DNA from: a virus
DNA length: 64,000 nucleotides
IMG/VR virus record: IMGVR_UViG_3300025383_001085
Direction: 5' to 3' (one strand)
The position numbers were made by a program, and so were the translations under genes. Below the pieces are notes generated by a model that was not told where the DNA came from, searched no databases, and was given only the letters and a program-made list of their open reading frames with translations. Shown in pieces: positions 1 through 7,900 of the stretch. Position 1 is the stretch's first letter, and the number at the start of each line of letters is the position of its first letter.

Positions 1-35
1 TTATTAAATTACCAGTAGTCGAATCAACTTGTGCA

Positions 36-1433
36 TTAGAAGTGGAATAACTTAAACACAGCCATACCAAGCAAAGCGCCAAGGCCAATATTTTTCTGAT
101 TGTCATCGAATTTTTCCTTCTCTTCTAATTTAGGTAATTTTTCTGGATTAGCTTCCCAGGCAGCCTTAGCTTGCTCGCCAATTTTGCCTTCATAAGGACA
201 AGGTGTACCAGCTGACATCATGGCATCAAATACACGACGATCTTGACACATAGTAGCAACTGCAGCTACTTTCATACCCATATCATAAAGAGTCTTTGAT
301 AGCTTTAAGCGTTCACAGTTCAAATCATGAATAGTACCGCCTGTGCTTACACCAAAGATTTGTGTTTGTACTGACCCACTGGTACCGGTAGTACATAAAT
401 CTTGATTACCACCACTCATCATAGCGGGTGCTACTGCAGTGGGAGGAGGTTGAATGACACGCTGAGTAATATCACTGCTATTGATATTGTTGTTTGTTAA
501 TGTACCACTTTGTATATTTTGATTAACATTAGTGTTGGCATTAGTGCTTGTACTTTGATTTACATTATTGTTATTATTTGTCATTGTACCGTTATTGGTA
601 TTTTGATTGATGTTTGTCATAGTACCAGTATTAATGTTATTATTTGTATTGCTAGTGGTAGCAGTTGTAGTATTAACATTATTATTGTTGTTATTATTGG
701 TCATTGTACCATAATTGTAATTGGTATTAGTAGCAGTACTGGTATTTTGATTGATATTTGTCATTGTACCGTACTGATAGTTTGTATTAGTACTTGTACT
801 GGTATTGACGTTATTATTATAATTTGTATTAGTACTGGTACTAGTATTGACATTATTGTTATTGTATGTCATTGTACCACTATTAATATTGTTATTTGTA
901 TTAACGTTGGTGCTGGTACTTGCACTAACATTGTTATTGTTATTATTGTATGTCATTGTACCGCTATTAATGTTGTTATTTGTATTAACATTATTACTTG
1001 TGCTAGTACTTGTACTGGTGTTGACGTTATTGTTATTATTTGTCATTGTGCCAGTGTTAACGTTATTATTATTAAACGTTTGTGTACCACTATTAACGTT
1101 ATTATTGTTATTGGTATAGGTAACACTACCACTCATAACATTGTTATTGTTATTATTGTTGGTCATTGTACCACTATTAACGTTGTTATTTGTATTAACG
1201 TTGGTACTGGTACTGGTTACTGCGGTGTTGTTATTGTTCGTAATAGTACCACTATTAACATTATTTGTGTTAACAGTGCTTACACTATTACTACTACTAT
1301 TGGTATCCACTAGACTAGTAGATCCATATCCGCCGGACAGAGAAGAACTTTGGTTTATGGTATTAGCTGTTTGCGCTGTTACCCCAAGGGCAAACAATGC
1401 AGAAATACCCATCATTATTATTTTTTTTATCAT
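36..1433 (-). CDS. Secreted/membrane-anchored Asn/Thr-rich repeat protein with Cys-containing C-terminal domain
   Basis: Signal peptide MIKKIIMMGISALFALGVTAQ; about 290 aa of N/T/S repeats (NNNVNSGTMT); globular domain with 4 Cys; hydrophobic C-terminal tail; GGAG RBS. Confidence 0.8.
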   Translation of the reverse strand: MIKKIIMMGISALFALGVTAQTANTINQSSSLSGGYGSTSLVDTNSSSNSVSTVNTNNVNSGTITNNNNTAVTSTSTNVNTNNNVNSGTMTNNNNNNNVMSGSVTYTNNNNNVNSGTQTFNNNNVNTGTMTNNNNNVNTSTSTSTSNNVNTNNNINSGTMTYNNNNNNVSASTSTNVNTNNNINSGTMTYNNNNVNTSTSTNTNYNNNVNTSTSTNTNYQYGTMTNINQNTSTATNTNYNYGTMTNNNNNNNVNTTTATTSNTNNNINTGTMTNINQNTNNGTMTNNNNNVNQSTSTNANTNVNQNIQSGTLTNNNINSSDITQRVIQPPPTAVAPAMMSGGNQDLCTTGTSGSVQTQIFGVSTGGTIHDLNCERLKLSKTLYDMGMKVAAVATMCQDRRVFDAMMSAGTPCPYEGKIGEQAKAAWEANPEKLPKLEEKEKFDDNQKNIGLGALLGMAVFKLFHF

Positions 1434-1511
1434 TTGATTGCTCCAATTTGGTAGGTCTTACCAAAATTATTTATGGAGCAAAATGCACTGTTTAAGTGCT
1501 AATACTAATGA

Positions 1512-1787
1512 TCAGTTGTGTTGCCAAATATATCTACGATCACCACGTGTGTCCAGCGCAGCTACTTCCATTGGTTTAACTGCCCAACGGCTATCTCGTT
1601 GTTTATTGCGTACTACTGCTATACAACTACTTCTTAAATCCAAATTTTGTATAGGTTCGCAGGCTGTAGCATTTGCATATTCGCTGGCTAAACAAAAAGC
1701 ACGCTGATCTGGCTTGTGTTCATTGATGCACTCATCGCCTTTGGCAAACGCAAGGATAGGGAAAAATAATAGTAAAAACAATTTCAT
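1512..1787 (-). CDS. Small secreted 4-Cys protein (paralog A)
   Basis: Probable start MKLFLLLFFPILAFA (signal peptide); C-x11-C-x10-C-x11-C pattern shared with next gene. Confidence 0.7.
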   Translation of the reverse strand: MKLFLLLFFPILAFAKGDECINEHKPDQRAFCLASEYANATACEPIQNLDLRSSCIAVVRNKQRDSRWAVKPMEVAALDTRGDRRYIWQHN

Positions 1788-1873
1788 AGTTGATATACAC
1801 AGTATACAGTATATATCAGTAAATACCATTACAAACCTATAATAAACTGCGTAGTTTAATTATATTTCTGTAA

Positions 1874-2101
1874 TTATTTTGTTGGGTGGAAACTATTAAC
1901 TTGGCGCTGGGCATCTCTGACTGCAAATATACAGGATGTTTTCATTTCCAAATTAGTTATTTTTTCACATTCGTTTGCACTCAATGTGGCTTTTGCTACA
2001 CACAAACTGTGCTGATTATGTTCGTGTATTTGATTGCATTGGTCTATGTCTCCAGCAAATACTGATAATGGAAACATTAAAATTACAAGTATGTAATACA
2101 T
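1874..2101 (-). CDS. Small secreted 4-Cys protein (paralog B)
   Basis: Signal peptide MYYILVILMFPLSVFA; same Cys spacing as 1512..1787; TAAATA 4 nt upstream. Confidence 0.7.
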   Translation of the reverse strand: MYYILVILMFPLSVFAGDIDQCNQIHEHNQHSLCVAKATLSANECEKITNLEMKTSCIFAVRDAQRQVNSFHPTK

Positions 2102-2111
2102 ACAGTATTTA

Positions 2112-3104
2112 TTACATATTGATTAAATTATTCTTAAATATTTCCCAAGCACGATCCCAAGTCCAACGCAAACTACCTTGGTATACACGATTTCTGTTTA
2201 ATTGTAAACAAGCTGAAACTGCATCTTCTAAATTTTCGTTTATGAATCCAGTTTCTCCTTGGTCTATTACATCTGCAGGTCCTTGGCAAGGATAAGCGGC
2301 AACAGGAGTTCCGCAGGCCATTGCTTCGATCATAACAATACCAAATGTTTCCCACCGACTAGGAAAAACAAACACTTCGGCATTGGCATAATAAAGTGCT
2401 AACTCAATCCCGGTCCTAAACCCGGTAAATGTTACGTCTGGATACTGTGCTCGATAAGTTTCCAGCATAGGACCATCGCCTACCATTATTTTTGCATATC
2501 CAGGGTAATCTAATTCAAAAAATGCTTCTAAGTTTTTTTCTTTGCTAACACGGCTTACACACAACAAATACTTTCCCGGAAAATTTTCTCTCAGTTCGGG
2601 TTTGAAAATATCACGGTCAACCCCACGTGTCCAAGGAACTATTTCTCCGTCAAATCCGTGTGCTTTTAATTCGGCTACCATACTGTCAGTAGTGGTTAAT
2701 ACTTTACCGCTATGCTTATGAAACCAGCGTACAAATCTCCAGGTAAGTGATTCGGGAATCCCAAATAGTTTGTTTAACCCTTCAGGAAACTTAGTATGAT
2801 AAGCGGTATTGTGCCTAATATTATGTAATGAAAGATGCCTTCTAGCCCACAGACCCAAAGGACCCTCTGTCGCGATATGGATATAATCCGGATTGATCTT
2901 CGCAATCTTCTTGCCCAAATTCCTGGGATAGCTAATCTTGACTTCGTTGTAGCCAGGACAACTAATGTAGCTGAACCACCCGGGATGCAGCACCACAACG
3001 TTATAACCGTCCAGAATCGCAAGTTTCTCAATATTTTTATATGTTGTGACAACGCCATTTATCTGCTCCGGTAAGTTGTCTGTGATTATTAGAATGGTTT
3101 TCAT
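2112..3104 (-). CDS. agt: GT4 glycosyltransferase, Agt-like (monoglycosyl-diacylglycerol synthase)
   Basis: TD..P.QINGVV, HIATEGPLG, YHTKFPE, WTRGVD, RVSKEKN, FPSRWETFGIVMIEAMACGTPV motifs; co-operonic with plcP-like gene. Confidence 0.75.
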   Translation of the reverse strand: MKTILIITDNLPEQINGVVTTYKNIEKLAILDGYNVVVLHPGWFSYISCPGYNEVKISYPRNLGKKIAKINPDYIHIATEGPLGLWARRHLSLHNIRHNTAYHTKFPEGLNKLFGIPESLTWRFVRWFHKHSGKVLTTTDSMVAELKAHGFDGEIVPWTRGVDRDIFKPELRENFPGKYLLCVSRVSKEKNLEAFFELDYPGYAKIMVGDGPMLETYRAQYPDVTFTGFRTGIELALYYANAEVFVFPSRWETFGIVMIEAMACGTPVAAYPCQGPADVIDQGETGFINENLEDAVSACLQLNRNRVYQGSLRWTWDRAWEIFKNNLINM

Positions 3105-3985
3105 TGAATCTTAAATTTCACATATTCCGTAATAATGTCAGCAACATTAACACTGCAATATTTTTCAAACCCAGCAAAGCCTGGATTACTATTAGCTTCG
3201 CATACACGGAATCCGCGTTTGTCAAATAATAAATCAATTCCTGCAATGTCTAGATTTAATACTCTGGAAGTTTCACGAGCTAGATATTCTATTTCTTCTG
3301 TTAACGGATAGTTCTCTCCAGTGCCGCCATTGGTAATATTAGCACGGAAGTCGCCGTCGGGTGCAGTACGTTTCATGGCACCTATCACTCGTCCTCCCAC
3401 TACTAGTACACGCAGATCTTCTCCGGGGTGATCATTTAGATATTCTTGTACAATCATGGTTTTCTTATTACCTAGATTGTCGATAAATTCCATTAATTTT
3501 TTATAGTCACGCTTACGTTCACAGAGATAAACACCTTCACCGTAACTGCCAGTAACCACTTTGACTACGCAAGGAAATCCAATATTTGCTTCTACCAAAC
3601 CATCGTCGATAGGTAATCTTACCATCATGGTGTTGGGGATAGGAATACTGGCTCTGCTTAAAATTTGGCTACTGCGCAATTTGTCTTTGACAATTTCGAT
3701 GGGCAAACTACCGTTGATACAAGGAACACCTGCTTGTTCAAAATGTCTTACTACTGCTAACTGGAATGGTAGTATACCTGCTCCTAACCTAACCAATACA
3801 AGTTTAGGTAGTTCCATATCCTGGCCTTTGTATTTGATGCCTTTGCGGATATCTCTATCCACGATAATATCAAAATCATCTGGGTGGCCCATCACGGCAT
3901 TGATTCCTTTTTCAGCAAAGGATTCTACTAGTTTGTTTGATTCGTATTCGTTACGATCCAGTTTTGTTAATATCAGTACTGTCAT
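3101..3985 (-). CDS. rimK: RimK-family ATP-grasp ligase
   Basis: KDKL, PCVVK..GSYGEGV, IVQEY, EDLRVLVVGG, FRANITNGG, AGIDLL, EANSNPG motifs. Confidence 0.85.
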   Translation of the reverse strand: MTVLILTKLDRNEYESNKLVESFAEKGINAVMGHPDDFDIIVDRDIRKGIKYKGQDMELPKLVLVRLGAGILPFQLAVVRHFEQAGVPCINGSLPIEIVKDKLRSSQILSRASIPIPNTMMVRLPIDDGLVEANIGFPCVVKVVTGSYGEGVYLCERKRDYKKLMEFIDNLGNKKTMIVQEYLNDHPGEDLRVLVVGGRVIGAMKRTAPDGDFRANITNGGTGENYPLTEEIEYLARETSRVLNLDIAGIDLLFDKRGFRVCEANSNPGFAGFEKYCSVNVADIITEYVKFKIQ

Positions 3986-4727
3986 TTGATTTAGTCCAAG
4001 TAATTATTTCCCATTCACCACTGTGATGTTCGACCAGTGCAGTGCAACTTTCAACCCAGTCGCCGTCATTCATATACATAACACCGTTGATGTATTTAAT
4101 CTCTGCGTGATGTATATGGCCACAAATTACTCCGTCGAAACCGCGTTTTTTACAATAGTCAGCTATTGTACGCTCAAATTGAAACATAAAGTCTATGGCT
4201 TTTTTGACTCGGTGTTTGAGGTATTTACTGAGACTCCAATACCCGAACCCCATACGATGACGTATCCAATTAAATCGGCTATTGATACCAAGAACGAAAT
4301 CATATGCTTTATCTCCAAGAAAACTTAACCAAGGCGCTAGTCTGGTGATCCCGTCAAACAAGTCACCGTGTGTTATAAGATAGTGTTTACCATCAGCACC
4401 TATATGTTCAATTTGATTACAAATTTCAACTTGTCCAAAACTAACACCATAAGGTATCATGGGACGCAGGAATTCATCATGGTTGCCAGCCACATACACA
4501 ACCCTAGTGCCCCGTTTAGCGTGACCAAGCACACGACGAACCACGTTAGTATGACTTTGTTTCCATCTGAGTTTGTTTTGTTGGATTTTCCAAGCATCTA
4601 TTATATCTCCTACTAGGTATAGGGTATTGCAGCTATTATGCTTGAGAAAATTATTTAGATGTTCAGCTTTACAATCTTTAGTACCTAAATGTACATCGCT
4701 AATAAAGATTGAGCGGTAAGTCTTCAT
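3951..4727 (-). CDS. plcP: Metallophosphoesterase, PlcP/LpxH2-like phospholipase C
   Basis: FISDVHLG, GDIID, GNHDEFLR, HGDLFD, YWSLS, CGHIHHAEI, NDGDWVESCTALVE motifs; adjacent Agt-like GT4 and upstream Pho box. Confidence 0.75.
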   Translation of the reverse strand: MKTYRSIFISDVHLGTKDCKAEHLNNFLKHNSCNTLYLVGDIIDAWKIQQNKLRWKQSHTNVVRRVLGHAKRGTRVVYVAGNHDEFLRPMIPYGVSFGQVEICNQIEHIGADGKHYLITHGDLFDGITRLAPWLSFLGDKAYDFVLGINSRFNWIRHRMGFGYWSLSKYLKHRVKKAIDFMFQFERTIADYCKKRGFDGVICGHIHHAEIKYINGVMYMNDGDWVESCTALVEHHSGEWEIITWTKSNDSTDINKTGS

Positions 4728-4750
4728 ATAGAGTATTTACCGCCCAATTG

Positions 4751-4768
4751 ATTACAGTTGTATTACAA
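4751..4768 (-). promoter_or_regulatory. Pho box (PhoB binding site) upstream of plcP
   Basis: Minus strand TTGTAAT-ACAA-CTGTAAT, an 11-bp-period direct repeat resembling CTGTCAT-N4-CTGT(C/A)A(C/T); 11 nt upstream of TAAATA (4734-4739). Confidence 0.65.
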
Positions 4769-4770
4769 TA

Positions 4771-4857
4771 TTATTTTCGTCGACGACCGGTTACATCTTC
4801 AAATACTAGGTATAGTACTATTAATATAAAAACAGCCCCAATAATTTGACCTATCAT
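4771..4857 (-). CDS. 28-aa single-TM peptide
   Basis: MIGQIIGAVFILIVLYLVFEDVTGRRRK; starts 1 nt after upstream stop; GAGG upstream. Confidence 0.5.
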   Translation of the reverse strand: MIGQIIGAVFILIVLYLVFEDVTGRRRK

Positions 4858-4858
4858 A

Positions 4859-5017
4859 TTAGATCCTCACAACTGTCCACTTTGCATCGAATGGTTTGCC
4901 TTCGGCGCGGTGTTTTAGTATCTTACGGTATTCTTCTTTACGAAGTTCCATAATTGCATCAGCATCGTGTCGGACGCAAGCCTGATACAACTTTCGAATT
5001 AACTTTCGTTGTTTCAT
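4859..5017 (-). CDS. 52-aa basic hypothetical protein
   Basis: [20 protein letters not shown]...; strong RBS AGGAGG; TATAAATA upstream. Confidence 0.65.
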   Translation of the reverse strand: MKQRKLIRKLYQACVRHDADAIMELRKEEYRKILKHRAEGKPFDAKWTVVRI

Positions 5018-5046
5018 ACTTTATCCTCCTTGGAATATATTTATAA

Positions 5047-5166
5047 TTATTTTACTGATATTAATAAAGGTTGTAATATTATGAACCAAACTATACCAAT
5101 AGTAAGAATAGATTCGCATAACAGTAACAACCCGAAAAATATCAATATTAATATATCTTTAATCAT
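5047..5166 (-). CDS. 39-aa hydrophobic peptide (tentative)
   Basis: MIKDILILIFFGLLLLCESILTIGIVWFIILQPLLISVK; no clear RBS. Confidence 0.3.
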   Translation of the reverse strand: MIKDILILIFFGLLLLCESILTIGIVWFIILQPLLISVK

Positions 5167-5168
5167 AT

Positions 5169-5191
5169 AAAAAAGGCTCCGAAGAGCCTTT
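5169..5191 (-). terminator. Rho-independent terminator, cUUCGg loop
   Basis: AAAGGCTC-TTCG-GAGCCTTT followed by T tract on minus strand. Confidence 0.85.
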
Positions 5192-5207
5192 GTATAATTA
5201 TCGAAAA

Positions 5208-6122
5208 TTAAGCTGGAATATAATCAATACCAGTTCCAGCCAATACACCGGTAGCAGGAGCAACGCCTACTAAACCAATGGTTTGTTGGAAGGTTGTCAA
5301 ATGTGCAGCTGCGGCCAACATTGCACCTTCTGTAGTAGCACCAGTTGCCAATTGTGTTACATAGGGTAATGCTTGTGCAGGAGTAGGTGCAGTACCAACT
5401 ACATTTGTGTAAACATAGTTAACAAAACTTGCATAGTCACTACCACCAGCAGCAGTTGCAAATACTGAAGAACCGGCAATTACTGCAGCAACTTGTGTGC
5501 TAGTTTGCCCAGCATCTTCCATCTTGATACCAAGACCTTCGTATGTAGGACTAACTGTTCCGCCCAATCCGGCTTTCAGCAATGCATAAACATCGCCAGC
5601 AGTTCCTGTTACATCAAATGCAGTTGCTTTATCAGTATATGTCAAACGCTCAAAGTTTTCTAGTTTGAAACTTACAGTAGTATCCAATGCACTGGTTACC
5701 AAAATTGCTTTATTGGTAGTGTCATTGACTACAGTGAAGTCTGCACTTTTATCGCCTAATACATAATTGTCGATTCCGGGAGTTCCGGTTACATCGATAA
5801 CAGTATTAACAATACCATTACCAATAGCACCTGTACCAACTGCGCCAAATGTTGCAATTTTGCCGTTAAGACCAACTGTACCTACTGTTAGGATTTCGTT
5901 GTTTGTTGGTGCAGCTCCACCTAAACTAGTACCTGGAATAGTAATAGTATCACCTGCGGCATATCCTGTGCCCAAGTGTGCCGAATCGATAGTCACGGAA
6001 TAAACACCATTTGTTTTTGTTACGTTAAACTCTGCTCCTGTACCGGTGCCACTGGTTGTGCCAGTTACATCTGTATAAGTTGCATTAATTGGAGTTACTC
6101 CGATTGTTACTGTTGTTGTCAT
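5208..6122 (-). CDS. Thr/Gly-rich protein with phage structural-type N-terminal module and DUF4214/S-layer-like C-terminus
   Basis: GTGAEFNVT..GTGYAAGDTITI.GTSLGG module; ERLTYTDKATAFDV.G.AG.VY and FVNYVYTNVVG.AP resemble DUF4214-type surface proteins. Confidence 0.55.
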   Translation of the reverse strand: MTTTVTIGVTPINATYTDVTGTTSGTGTGAEFNVTKTNGVYSVTIDSAHLGTGYAAGDTITIPGTSLGGAAPTNNEILTVGTVGLNGKIATFGAVGTGAIGNGIVNTVIDVTGTPGIDNYVLGDKSADFTVVNDTTNKAILVTSALDTTVSFKLENFERLTYTDKATAFDVTGTAGDVYALLKAGLGGTVSPTYEGLGIKMEDAGQTSTQVAAVIAGSSVFATAAGGSDYASFVNYVYTNVVGTAPTPAQALPYVTQLATGATTEGAMLAAAAHLTTFQQTIGLVGVAPATGVLAGTGIDYIPA

Positions 6123-6153
6123 TTTATTTTCCTTATTGAATTAGTAATGTAGT

Positions 6154-6182
6154 AGTATATAGCGTTTCCACTAGTATGTCAA
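6154..6182 (-). promoter_or_regulatory. sigma70-type promoter
   Basis: TTGACA-17-TATACT upstream of 6122. Confidence 0.75.
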
Positions 6183-6197
6183 ATATTTTTTAACCAT

Positions 6198-6223
6198 AAA
6201 AAAAGGCTCCGAAGAGCCTTTTT
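6198..6223 (-). terminator. Rho-independent terminator, same hairpin as 5169..5191
   Basis: AAAAAGGCTC-TTCG-GAGCCTTTTTTT. Confidence 0.85.
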
Positions 6224-6240
6224 AGTTGTTGTTCAATTGA

Positions 6241-6786
6241 TTAGAATGAACGTGTGTAGCTTACATTGTAGCTGTGATTTGTGCTGTCGCCTGTTACACG
6301 GTCGAAACGAACGCCAATTGCGTCTTTCTTTGTAACTGCATAACTAACACCAGCACGAGTTGTACGTGTAGCATCTAAATTGGCTTCATTGAACGCATCA
6401 CGGAAGCGGAATCCAACTTTAGCAGTCACTGCACCGATTGTGTATGTAACACCTGGCTCAACACTATAGTAACCAAAGTGCGTAGTGTTAGTGAACTTGT
6501 CACCAGCAGCTACACGAGTATAAACACCAACAGGACCAACTGGCATTGCCAATGTTAAACCTGCTTCATCACGTGTTGAAAGAGCGTGGGTACCAGCAGT
6601 AGTATATTGCGTAGAACCTACATCAACTGTCAACATTTTGTTTAATGATTCACGAACAGTAATTTGGCTGTTTGTTGAGTCTGTAGCACCTTTGTCACCA
6701 ATTTGATTTTGGCCTTCTAGTGTAACTGACGCAGCAAATGCTGATCCTGCCAATGCGATTAAACTTGCGATTACGATTTTTTTCAT
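6241..6786 (-). CDS. Outer-membrane beta-barrel (porin-like) protein
   Basis: Signal peptide MKKIVIASLIALAGSAFA; amphipathic strands; C-terminal YNVSYTRSF with terminal Phe (BAM signal). Confidence 0.8.
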   Translation of the reverse strand: MKKIVIASLIALAGSAFAASVTLEGQNQIGDKGATDSTNSQITVRESLNKMLTVDVGSTQYTTAGTHALSTRDEAGLTLAMPVGPVGVYTRVAAGDKFTNTTHFGYYSVEPGVTYTIGAVTAKVGFRFRDAFNEANLDATRTTRAGVSYAVTKKDAIGVRFDRVTGDSTNHSYNVSYTRSF

Positions 6787-6828
6787 TTTTAGATTTCCTT
6801 TGTTAAATGACACATTTGTCGTGTACAT

Positions 6829-6857
6829 ATTATATATTTATCCTACAAAAAAGTCAA
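6829..6857 (-). promoter_or_regulatory. sigma70-type promoter with embedded TAAATA
   Basis: TTGACT-17-TATAAT. Confidence 0.7.
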
Positions 6858-6866
6858 TATAAGATA

Positions 6867-7166
6867 TTATATTATTTTGCCCAATTTGATTAAATGGGAG
6901 TTTTGTCCTTCGCCAACAATACAAGCTACATTATCATTATATTGAATCATTGTCCAAGATAGTGTATTTTTGTTTACCATTAATAGATATTTGCTGTCTC
7001 CGGTACCGAGTCCATTCCAATAAGGAGATTCGTTGTATATTCCAGAAATGTTTTCAACAACTGTTTTAAGATCACTGCAAATAACCGGTTTCTTTGATTC
7101 TATTATCTGGGCGTTGGCTATAAGACTGGTTAGGGCTAATAGGAACGCTAATTTTGATTTCCACAT
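6867..7166 (-). CDS. Secreted hypothetical protein
   Basis: Signal peptide, 2 Cys, AAGGAG RBS before ATG 7166. Confidence 0.65.
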   Translation of the reverse strand: MWKSKLAFLLALTSLIANAQIIESKKPVICSDLKTVVENISGIYNESPYWNGLGTGDSKYLLMVNKNTLSWTMIQYNDNVACIVGEGQNSHLIKLGKII

Positions 7167-7187
7167 AGCCACTCCTTAAAATAATAT

Positions 7188-7490
7188 TTATTGTGCAAGC
7201 CTGGCGGCAATAATTTCATAGAAACTATCAAGCTCGCCACCGAATTTTCCCATTAGTTGGGGGATCAATAATCTACACTCGTTGTATTGATTGGCTTTGA
7301 ATTTATCAATAAAAAATTGATGCAGTTGTTTGTCTGCAGCTAAAGTAGGTAGTTCAGTTAACAAGATTTTTTCTTGTGGCACCACACAGTATGCAGTAGT
7401 AGCCTTACCATCTTGTTCAAATGTTTCCAACTCTAAAACAGTATATTCATTTTGCAGAATTTCTGCAGGTTCGCCTAGGATAATATACAA
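7188..7490 (-). CDS. Hypothetical protein
   Basis: 100-aa ORF tightly packed in operon. Confidence 0.65.
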   Translation of the reverse strand: MYIILGEPAEILQNEYTVLELETFEQDGKATTAYCVVPQEKILLTELPTLAADKQLHQFFIDKFKANQYNECRLLIPQLMGKFGGELDSFYEIIAARLAQ

Positions 7491-7900
7491 TCTAATTCTC
7501 CCAATGCATCGGTAATTTGATACAAGCTGATGTCGTGATCCTCGTAGCCTTCGATTACCATATCCAAGTAATGTCTACTGGGCCAACGATGCTCGTGTAG
7601 ATCTTTCATATAGTAAATCATAGCACGAATGATTCTACCATCGTGATTTACTTTTACTTCTTTTTTGCCGTAAAAATTCGGATAGCCCTCAAGGCGATCT
7701 AAACTCTTTTCGCATTCATCGGTAATTGACCATAATGCACACTCCATTGTTTCGCCAGGTGCTTCTACTACATCACAAAAAGTTCTAAAAGCCAATTTGT
7801 GATTTGGTAGAGTCACTTTGCCTAAACTACGAGCCTTGGGACATCGTTGTTCCATACCGTATAGATTAGAATTCATACCATAAGCAAGATAATATTTCAT
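7475..7900 (-). CDS. Gamma-glutamylcyclotransferase (GGCT/AIG2-like)
   Basis: YLAYGMNSN, LDRLEGYP..Y, PS..YL..V.EGY motifs. Confidence 0.8.
   Translation of the reverse strand: MKYYLAYGMNSNLYGMEQRCPKARSLGKVTLPNHKLAFRTFCDVVEAPGETMECALWSITDECEKSLDRLEGYPNFYGKKEVKVNHDGRIIRAMIYYMKDLHEHRWPSRHYLDMVIEGYEDHDISLYQITDALGELDCILS

Noticed and set aside
510-1437. Long + strand ORFs (510..1313, 847..1119, 1141..1437)
   Set aside because: Antisense shadows of the Asn/Thr repeat gene giving Ile/Val/Leu runs; no RBS.
3951-4727. Annotation as lipid A enzyme LpxH
   Set aside because: Motif set, Agt-like neighbour and Pho box fit PlcP better; not fully excluded without phylogeny.
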